DNA of 32,000 nucleotides from Patescibacteria group bacterium (GTDB lineage Bacteria; Patescibacteriota; Patescibacteriia; 2-01-FULL-39-33): NCBI GenBank assembly GCA_041649575.1, contig JBAZMW010000001.1, forward strand, positions 120,001 to 152,000, in the 5' to 3' direction. Positions 25,667 through 32,000 of the stretch are shown one piece after another. The position numbers were made by a program, and so were the translations under genes. Below the pieces are notes generated by a model. That model worked only from the letters and a program-made list of their open reading frames with translations, ran no database searches and was not told the origin of the DNA. Within the stretch, counting starts at the first letter, position 1, and every line of letters starts with the position of its first letter.

Positions 25667-26204
25667 AAACGGAAGTAAAAATAATCTCCGACTGATTATC
25701 TTTGCTAAGATATAAATTGACATTAATCAGCTTGTCGCCCCAGAATTCAATATCAGAAACGTACTCGCCAATAATTTTGTCTTCCAAAATGTTCATTTCT
25801 GGCGCTTGTCCGCTCTGACTGGTTGCATGCCAATAGACATAGATATCAGGATCTTCTGGAAAAGAGTAAACAATGGATTGTCTTTTGATGTCGGAGTTTT
25901 CTAGATAATATCGAATGTAGCTGATGTTGGAAGTGTCATGACCGTCTTGGAACATGATTTCCTCAGGCAAACTGTCGGGGTCACCGTTGGTTTCGGGGAT
26001 TTCAGTCACAATCTCTGGTGTCTGACGGATTTCTCTTATCAGGCGATCGAGGATTACCCGGCCATTTTGGGTGATCTCGGCCTTGGTATCATTGTGATTG
26101 TAGGTTTCCTGGCTAAGGCTATAAATAGAGGTGACCATGGTAAATAAGAGAGCAGCAATAGCGATCGAGATAATAACTTCGATCAGAGTAAAGCCTTTTT
26201 TCAT
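25650..26204 (-). CDS. Prepilin-type pseudopilin (PilW/GspJ-like)
   Basis: MKKG|FTLIEVIISIAIAALLFTMVTSIYSLSQ...; ORF track starts at 26231. Confidence 0.82.
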   Translation of the reverse strand: MKKGFTLIEVIISIAIAALLFTMVTSIYSLSQETYNHNDTKAEITQNGRVILDRLIREIRQTPEIVTEIPETNGDPDSLPEEIMFQDGHDTSNISYIRYYLENSDIKRQSIVYSFPEDPDIYVYWHATSQSGQAPEMNILEDKIIGEYVSDIEFWGDKLINVNLYLSKDNQSEIIFTSVYGRNL

Positions 26205-26233
26205 TTTGGTTATAAAAAAATAATCAGGCATAA

Positions 26234-26683
26234 CTATTTTTTGCTTATCAATAGCATCAGGCTGGTGTTTTTTTCCAGGGATAATAGAGGACTATGCCAA
26301 AAAACAGTGACGGTTATTTTTTTTATCCCCGTCTCCGCCACCGAATATTCCAAATCACCATCGACATATTCAGTGACCGTTTGGCGTTGGTAATAATAAA
26401 AAGGGTTGGCCTGGTCGCTGGAGAGGCGATGCTTGGCTTCGATGGTCCCTAAATCGATATTTTCATAATTCAAATAAAACATTTCCTCAATTTTGGCTTG
26501 GGCCAGATTGGTGGCGATGGTGGTTTGTTCCGCCGACTTGTTAATTTTTAGAGCCAAAGGAAAAATTCCGACGATTGCCAAAATACCAATCAATAAAACG
26601 GCCAGAGTGACCACTGTTTCTATAAGGGTGAAGCCGTAAGTGTTAGTTTTGAAGTTTGACATAACCGGATGGTTTAATCTCAA
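26234..26683 (-). CDS. Prepilin-type pseudopilin (PilV/GspI-like)
   Basis: NTYG|FTLIETVVTLAVLLIGILAIVGIFPLALKINKSAEQTTIATNLAQAKIEEM. Confidence 0.82.
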   Translation of the reverse strand: MRLNHPVMSNFKTNTYGFTLIETVVTLAVLLIGILAIVGIFPLALKINKSAEQTTIATNLAQAKIEEMFYLNYENIDLGTIEAKHRLSSDQANPFYYYQRQTVTEYVDGDLEYSVAETGIKKITVTVFWHSPLLSLEKNTSLMLLISKK

Positions 26684-27125
26684 TAGTTATAGTGCGATTG
26701 GCACTGTTAACCAGCACTAGGCTGCCGCTTTCGCCGGCGGCGCCAGTCGCGTTAAAACTAGCCGTGTCGGCGGTCAGATTATTAATAGACTGAATAGTGA
26801 TTTGGGGATTGATGACCACGGTTTTAAGAGTAGTCTCTGGATTTGTTTTTATAATACTGTAGCTGTTTTGCAATTGATTAAAACTGACGGAATAGACGAC
26901 CTGTTCGGTTACGGCTAGTTGTTGAGCGTAGCGTAGATCAGAAGCTATTTGCCGACTGGTTGAGTTTAGGGCCAGGTTGGGGCGCAGTTGTTTGTAAATA
27001 GGGAAGCTGATGGCGGCCAGGATGCCAATAACAGCCAAAACGGCGATCAAATCAAGCAAAGTAAAGCCAAAATTTTTTAAAAAACCATCCGTTCGGTTGG
27101 TCGCGTTTAGGATTGAATTTTTCAT
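26643..27125 (-). CDS. Prepilin-type pseudopilin (FimT/GspH-like) with Asp at +5
   Basis: FLKNFG|FTLLDLIAVLAVIGILAAISFPIYKQLRPNLALNSTSRQIASDLRYAQQLAVTEQ. Confidence 0.82.
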   Translation of the reverse strand: MKNSILNATNRTDGFLKNFGFTLLDLIAVLAVIGILAAISFPIYKQLRPNLALNSTSRQIASDLRYAQQLAVTEQVVYSVSFNQLQNSYSIIKTNPETTLKTVVINPQITIQSINNLTADTASFNATGAAGESGSLVLVNSANRTITIEIKPSGYVKLQN

Positions 27126-27133
27126 TGAGGCTT

Positions 27134-28204
27134 TTAAAATTTTTCACTCAAGGAATACATAGGCATTAAAATGCCCAGAGCGATGCCGGCCACACCCAAA
27201 CCGATAACAAGCATTAGCAGTGGTTCAATAATGGTGGGCAGGTTATTCATGGTCTGGTAGACTTCCTCCTCGTAGAAGTCGGCCAATTTTTCCAGAACTT
27301 CATCGAGAGAGCCGGTTTCTTCGCCCACGGCCACCATCTGGTCGATAATTGCCGGGAAGATATGGGGATAGTTTCTAAAAGCATTGCCCATTTTTTCTCC
27401 TTTTCTGACTTGTTCGGCAATTTGGTTTAGGGCTTCGCGATAAAAATGATTGCCGACAACCCGGGAAGTGATGTTCAGAGTGTCAATGATGGGTATGTCC
27501 GCTTTTATTAAAGCGCTCAAACTGCGTGACAGCCGGGCTAAATTTATTTTTTTGATTACCGAGGCGACGATAGGCGTCTTTAATAATAAGAGGTCAAGTC
27601 CTCTTTTGCCGGTTTTGGTTTTTAGAGCTTTAACCAAAATGGCCACGACGATAATAATAACAGTTAAAATTATCAAGCCATAGGATTGAGCCAGGTCGTT
27701 AATAGAAATTATTATTCTAGTGGCCAGAGGCAGCTCGACATCCAAGTCCTTGAAGAGCTTGGTGATGTTGGGCAAAACAAAGGTGATAATAAAGATGCCA
27801 ATACCGACCATGGCGACCAAAATTATAGCCGGGTAAGTCAGGGCATTTCTGACTTTAAGCAGCAGATCATGATCCTTTTTGCTTTGCAGGTAAAGCTCAT
27901 GCAAAACCTCTTCTAGACGGCCGGAAGCCTCGCCGGCTTTTATCATATTAATGAACAGTTCGCCGAAATCTCTTTGATAAGTTTCCAGACTTTCACCAAA
28001 ACTGCAACCTTTTTTTATTTGATCGCGGATGTTGGCCAAAATATTTTTGAGCTTGTTGTTTTTGACTTGTTGGGCCAAGACGTCGAGAGCCTCGGCTAGA
28101 GGCACGCCGGTTTTTATCATAATAGAAAGATTCTGCACCATAAAAATTTTATTGGGCGTTGAGATTCTTTGCCAGCTGGTGAAAAAATTTTTTATTTTGG
28201 CCAT
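27134..28204 (-). CDS. pilC: Type IV pilus/type II secretion inner membrane platform protein (PilC/GspF)
   Basis: MVQNLSIMIKTGVPLAEALDVLAQQ...SFGESLETYQRDFGELFINMIKAGEASGRLEEVL...MVAVGEETGSLDEVLEKLADFYEEEV. Confidence 0.93.
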   Translation of the reverse strand: MAKIKNFFTSWQRISTPNKIFMVQNLSIMIKTGVPLAEALDVLAQQVKNNKLKNILANIRDQIKKGCSFGESLETYQRDFGELFINMIKAGEASGRLEEVLHELYLQSKKDHDLLLKVRNALTYPAIILVAMVGIGIFIITFVLPNITKLFKDLDVELPLATRIIISINDLAQSYGLIILTVIIIVVAILVKALKTKTGKRGLDLLLLKTPIVASVIKKINLARLSRSLSALIKADIPIIDTLNITSRVVGNHFYREALNQIAEQVRKGEKMGNAFRNYPHIFPAIIDQMVAVGEETGSLDEVLEKLADFYEEEVYQTMNNLPTIIEPLLMLVIGLGVAGIALGILMPMYSLSEKF

Positions 28205-28207
28205 AAA

Positions 28208-29938
28208 TTATTCCTGGGTTACTCTTAAGACTTCCTCAATAGTGGTAGTGCCGCTTTTGGCTTTAATGAAGCCGTCTTGCAGCAGAGTGGTCATGCCGTT
28301 TTCCAAAGCGGCGCGCTCTAATTCATCACGGGAAGCTTTGCTGATAATCAGCTGACCGATCTTCTCGTTAATCTCCAGGGTCTCATAAATGCCGATGCGG
28401 CCCTTGTAGCCGGTACTGCCGCATTGCTGGCAGCCTTTCCCGCGATAAAAAAGAACGGATTTAATGCTTTGTTTGGCGTTTAAATAACCCTGTTGGATTA
28501 GATTTTTTTCTAATTTTTCCAGATTGAATTGTTTTTCCAGTTCTTCGATGGTTTTTTTATCTAACTTATAGCTTTCAATGCAGTTTTTACAGATTTTTCT
28601 GACCAGTCTTTGGGCAACAACCAGATTTAGAGTCGAGGCGATTAAGAAAGTCGGCACTTTCATATCGATAAGGCGAGGGATAGCGGTGACGGCGTCGTTG
28701 GTGTGCAGAGTGGAAAGCACCAAGTGCCCGGTCATGGCGGCGTTGATGCTGATTTCAGCCGTTTCTATGTCTCGGATTTCTCCGACCATAATAATATTGG
28801 GGTCCTGACGCAACAGGGCGCGCAGGCCGGCGGCAAAGGTAAAGCCAATCTTGGGTTGGACCTGGCTTTGGTTAATACCTTGAACACGGTATTCAATTGG
28901 ATCCTCGACGGTAGAGATATTGACTTCTGGCTTGTTTAAAACGCCTAAAATGGTGTAAAGGGTGGTGGTTTTGCCACTCCCGGTCGGACCGGTGACCAAA
29001 ATCATGCCATGCGGCTTGGCGATATTTTTTTTTATCACCTCCAGTGAATTTGGCTGGAAACCCAGCTGCTCCAAGGAAAGTTGTTGGGTCTGATCGGGCA
29101 ACAAACGCAAGACCACTTTTTCACCGTCGAAAGTCGGCAAAATGGAAACACGGAAAGACACTTGGTAGTCTTGAGTTTTAATCTTAAAGCGGCCGTCTTG
29201 CGGCAGGCGGTGCTCATCAAGCTTAAGATTAGAGAGGATTTTGATTCTAGCGATAACGCCCGGATGCGTGTTTTTGGGCAGGGTCATGACATTTTTTAAG
29301 ACGCCATCAATACGATAGCGGACATTCACTTCTTTTTCCGCCGGTTCGATATGAATGTCGGAAGCTTTTTCCAAAATAGCGTATTCCAGCATAGTATCGA
29401 CAATCCTGACGATGGGCAAGTCTTGAGCTAGGTCTTTTAATTTGTCCGGATCGCCATCGGTTTCTGTTTTTTGTCCCTCGGTTTCCATCTCTTTAAGTTC
29501 GGCATTTAAGCCTTTGCGGTATTGCTTCAAAATTTCACGGATGTTATCGGGACTGGTGAGGTGAAGCTTGATGTTTAGTTGAGTTTTTTTGGCCAAAAAA
29601 TCAAACAGTTCAATATTGGAAATATCCAAGGTGGCGACTTTCAGATCGCCATTATTTTTATCAAAAGCAATGGTCTGGTGCGCTTGCGCCGTGACTTCGG
29701 GTATGATTTGCAGAATATCTTTGCGAATAGTTTGGTTTTTCAAATCAACGAAAGGCAGACCATAATACTTGGCAGCGGTTTCATAAAGCAACTCGGAAGA
29801 GATAATTTTCTGGGAAATTAAAAAATTTTCCAGAGTTTTGTTGTCTTTTCTGGCTTGTTCGGAAAAAGTTTTAAGCTGAATTTCGTCTAAGATCTTATTC
29901 CTTTTTAAGATCTCCTCCAGGTCTTTTTGGTTTATCAT
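28208..29938 (-). CDS. pilB: Type IV pilus/type II secretion assembly ATPase (PilB/GspE)
   Basis: MILVTGPTGSGKTTTLYTIL (Walker A), Asp box, 'IIMVGEIRDIETAEISINAAMTGHLVLSTLHTNDA', CKNC...CQQC zinc motif, N-terminal T2SSE_N. Confidence 0.97.
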   Translation of the reverse strand: MINQKDLEEILKRNKILDEIQLKTFSEQARKDNKTLENFLISQKIISSELLYETAAKYYGLPFVDLKNQTIRKDILQIIPEVTAQAHQTIAFDKNNGDLKVATLDISNIELFDFLAKKTQLNIKLHLTSPDNIREILKQYRKGLNAELKEMETEGQKTETDGDPDKLKDLAQDLPIVRIVDTMLEYAILEKASDIHIEPAEKEVNVRYRIDGVLKNVMTLPKNTHPGVIARIKILSNLKLDEHRLPQDGRFKIKTQDYQVSFRVSILPTFDGEKVVLRLLPDQTQQLSLEQLGFQPNSLEVIKKNIAKPHGMILVTGPTGSGKTTTLYTILGVLNKPEVNISTVEDPIEYRVQGINQSQVQPKIGFTFAAGLRALLRQDPNIIMVGEIRDIETAEISINAAMTGHLVLSTLHTNDAVTAIPRLIDMKVPTFLIASTLNLVVAQRLVRKICKNCIESYKLDKKTIEELEKQFNLEKLEKNLIQQGYLNAKQSIKSVLFYRGKGCQQCGSTGYKGRIGIYETLEINEKIGQLIISKASRDELERAALENGMTTLLQDGFIKAKSGTTTIEEVLRVTQE

Positions 29939-30012
29939 AATTTGTCACCAGTCCAAATGGATATCGTTTCTATTATAACATAAAACAACCAATGAAAGCA
30001 AAACAAAAAAAC

Positions 30013-30041
30013 ACCTCCGCTTTTAGGCGGAGGTAAAATTT
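30013..30041 (-). terminator. Terminator downstream of the GT4 gene
   Basis: ACCTCCGC (30013-30020) / GCGGAGGT (30027-30034); U tract on the minus side (GTTTTTTTG). Confidence 0.85.
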
Positions 30042-30043
30042 TT

Positions 30044-31189
30044 TTAAGCTTTTTTTAGAGCCAGCCTTCTCTTTTCCGGCATAATTTCTTGATAGAGGCT
30101 AATGGTTTGTTTGACGATATTGTCCCAACCGTATTCTTTGTCAACGCGGGTTTTGGCCAACTGGGCTTTATCTTTGATAATCTTAGGATTGTCACAGGCA
30201 AAATTTAATTTTCTGGCCAAATCCTCAATGTCTTTGTTTTTAAATTCCAGAGCAAAGCCCTTGACCGCCTCCCGGTTTTCCTCGATATCACTAATCAGCA
30301 CCGGAATATTATAGGCCATGGCTTCCAATAAGGCGATAGATAATCCTTCGGCTTCGGAGGGCTGGATAAAGAGATAAGAGTTCTTAAATAAAGTTTCTAA
30401 ATCACCGCCTGATTTTTGGCCGGTAAAAATTATTTTGTCATTATTGGCCGACAAGTTTTTGAGATAGTTAACATAGTTGTCGGTATTGGCGCCAGTGCCC
30501 ACCAGCACCAGTTTTTTTTCGGTTTTTAGCTGTTGGTAAGCTTTGATTAAGGTATGAATGCCTTTATGTTGGATCAGTCTGGAAACGGCAATCAGGTAGC
30601 CGTTTTTTTCCAGATTATATTTCTTTAAGATGTCGTTAGAATTTTTATTTTCGATCAACTGGACGCCGTTGGGGATATAGCTGGTTTCGCGATCAAAACG
30701 ATACTTGCAATACTTTTTTAAGGTTTCAGAAACGGTAATGGTTTGGTGAGGAAAGCGGCAGGCAGCCCATTCGCCTAGTCCTAACATAAACCTGGCAAAG
30801 CCACCCCATTTTTGATGGTAGCGATCAATGCAGTGAAAGGTGGCGATTACTTTGGCCTTTGGCTTGAAAAGCCGCGGAATCCACGATAACAGAGAAGGCC
30901 CAACGCCGTGATAATGAATAATGTCATAATCCTTAAACAATGAATCAATGGAAGCAAAAAGAGTATGAGTAATCGCATCCAAATTTTTAGTCTTAATTGA
31001 AGGCAAATTAATAATTTTTACTCCCTGATAGGTATAAGAATTTTTGTAATTACCGGTGTAGTAGGCACGACTATAAACCGTGACATCAAAGCCTGCCCGG
31101 GCTAGCCTGGTAGAGAGCTCTTCGACATGTTTTTCAATGCCGCCTTGTTTGGTTGGTATGCCTTTTTGCCCGATTAATGCTATTTTCAT
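30044..31189 (-). CDS. GT4-family glycosyltransferase
   Basis: MKIALIGQKGIPTKQGGIEKHVEELSTRLARAG..., 'YIPNGV', 'LIQHKGIHTLIKAYQQL', 'FIQPSEAEGLSIALLEAMAYNIPVLISDI.ENRE'. Confidence 0.93.
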   Translation of the reverse strand: MKIALIGQKGIPTKQGGIEKHVEELSTRLARAGFDVTVYSRAYYTGNYKNSYTYQGVKIINLPSIKTKNLDAITHTLFASIDSLFKDYDIIHYHGVGPSLLSWIPRLFKPKAKVIATFHCIDRYHQKWGGFARFMLGLGEWAACRFPHQTITVSETLKKYCKYRFDRETSYIPNGVQLIENKNSNDILKKYNLEKNGYLIAVSRLIQHKGIHTLIKAYQQLKTEKKLVLVGTGANTDNYVNYLKNLSANNDKIIFTGQKSGGDLETLFKNSYLFIQPSEAEGLSIALLEAMAYNIPVLISDIEENREAVKGFALEFKNKDIEDLARKLNFACDNPKIIKDKAQLAKTRVDKEYGWDNIVKQTISLYQEIMPEKRRLALKKA

Positions 31190-31208
31190 AGATTCTTTTT
31201 AAGGGTTA

Positions 31209-31237
31209 ATCGTAGCAAATAAATAAAATCTTGTCAA
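31209..31237 (-). promoter_or_regulatory. Promoter TTGACA-N17-TACGAT for the GT4 gene
   Basis: Plus-strand ATCGTA 31209-31214 and TGTCAA 31232-31237. Confidence 0.6.
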
Positions 31238-31297
31238 GGGCTATTTTTTGTTTTTAAGAGGATAAATCATTTTTGTTAAATTTAAGTAAAATAATAA

Positions 31298-31334
31298 GGT
31301 GGGGCCAAGCGATTTGCCGTCGCTTGGTCCCACC
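31298..31334 (-). terminator. Strong terminator hairpin of the Ig-domain gene
   Basis: GGTGGGGCCAAGCGA (31298-31312) / TCGCTTGGTCCCACC (31320-31334), one mismatch; T-rich on the minus 3' side. Confidence 0.85.
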
Positions 31335-31351
31335 AGGTGATGCACCTTCAA

Positions 31352-32000
31352 TCATCGGAAAAAGGGGACGCTCAGCGCCGCCATTTCCGGAGGCCGGTCT
31401 TCGAACACCAGCGAGCCACCTCGCAGGGTTATTGCCCGGCCATCAGTCGTGGCCGTTGGCACAGACCAGTTCCAGAGCGCCGCTTCCCAGGTGTCGCCGT
31501 TGGAGTCAATCCCGTCCAATTGGGTCATCAGGGTGTTGCCTGGCAACTCCATAATGACCGCCTGGCTGATCGAGAAGATCTGTTGGCGATAAACCGTCGC
31601 CGAGTCGCTGGTCCAACAAGTGAAGCGTACCAGCATGATGTCTGGCGGGCTACCAGTAAACAGGTTGCCAATTGCTGCTCCGTCGGCGTCGATCGTGGCT
31701 GTCAGCTTGCGGCCGTCAGCGGCATAGGCGAAGACCAGGCCCGGATGCGGCGTGTTGGCGGCTACTGTCAGCGCGGCGACATTGGACATTGTCTCCACGA
31801 TGACGTTTCTCACGACGCAGGTGTAGCTGCCGTTGTCCGAGACTTGCGCGGCGGTGATGATGAAAGCAGAGTTGGTGGCCCCACTTATCGCCGTGCCGTC
31901 CTTCTTCCATTGATAGGTGAAGAGCGGCAGATTGAAGCTGGAATCGGCTGCTACCGTGAACGTGGCCTGCGCATCGACGGCCACTGTTTGTGACGCCGGC
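31352..32000 (-). CDS. Ig-like-domain surface protein, C-terminal part (extends beyond window)
   Basis: Open frame through the edge: ...ASQTVAVDAQATFTVAADSSFNLPLFTYQWKKDGTAISGATNSAFIITAAQVSDNGSYTCVVRNVIVETMSNVAALTV: Ig-like domain with the YxC motif. The ORF-track Met at 31984 is an internal GTG. Confidence 0.8.
   Translation of the reverse strand, partial: PASQTVAVDAQATFTVAADSSFNLPLFTYQWKKDGTAISGATNSAFIITAAQVSDNGSYTCVVRNVIVETMSNVAALTVAANTPHPGLVFAYAADGRKLTATIDADGAAIGNLFTGSPPDIMLVRFTCWTSDSATVYRQQIFSISQAVIMELPGNTLMTQLDGIDSNGDTWEAALWNWSVPTATTDGRAITLRGGSLVFEDRPPEMAALSVPFFR

Noticed and set aside
31273-31993. ORFs 31273-31554 (+), 31337-31993 (+) and 31716-31910 (-)
   Set aside because: High-GC spurious frames; the 31352-edge frame encodes a recognisable Ig-like domain.
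1-32000. CRISPR array, tRNA, rRNA, transposase or prophage module
   Set aside because: No regularly spaced repeats, cloverleaf/rRNA signatures, IS terminal repeats or phage structural genes were recognised by reading; tRNAscan-SE and Infernal would settle the RNA part.

Overview
This 32 kb window looks like a gene-dense chromosomal segment of a small-genome bacterium, probably CPR/Patescibacteria-like. That placement is an inference from gene repertoire and style; no marker phylogeny was run. Supported contents, left to right: an XRE-type HTH regulator (partial), a HEAT-repeat protein and a transglutaminase-like protein; an isolated GC-rich prepilin-like gene; a ZIP transporter plus three thioredoxin-fold proteins (one fused to a CcdA/DsbD-like membrane domain, one with two tandem Trx domains); an LRR lipoprotein; rsmI, metG, cvpA-like, tatD-like, GT39-like and HIT genes; a PEGA protein, murA, an S41 peptidase, acylphosphatase and bL9; a possible HEPN-like protein; a promoter/33-aa sORF/terminator unit; bL27; a GC-rich 70-aa ORF; two lipoproteins (one a C39-like peptidase); an Rrf2-nifU-nfu-nifS Fe-S cluster operon; and a type IV pilus operon (pilB, pilC, four minor-pilin-like genes, pilM, pilN, pilO and a small membrane protein), with a GT4 glycosyltransferase upstream. 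An Ig-like-domain protein runs off the right edge. No rRNA, tRNA, CRISPR array or transposase was recognised. The items most worth a second look are: short, GC-rich, monocistronic units with their own promoters and terminators; the 33-aa sORF unit; the duplicated thioredoxin protein in a metal/redox cluster; an E5D substitution in the FimT/GspH-like pseudopilin; a near-perfect palindrome over the Rrf2 gene's RBS; and near-leaderless promoter architecture at rsmI.
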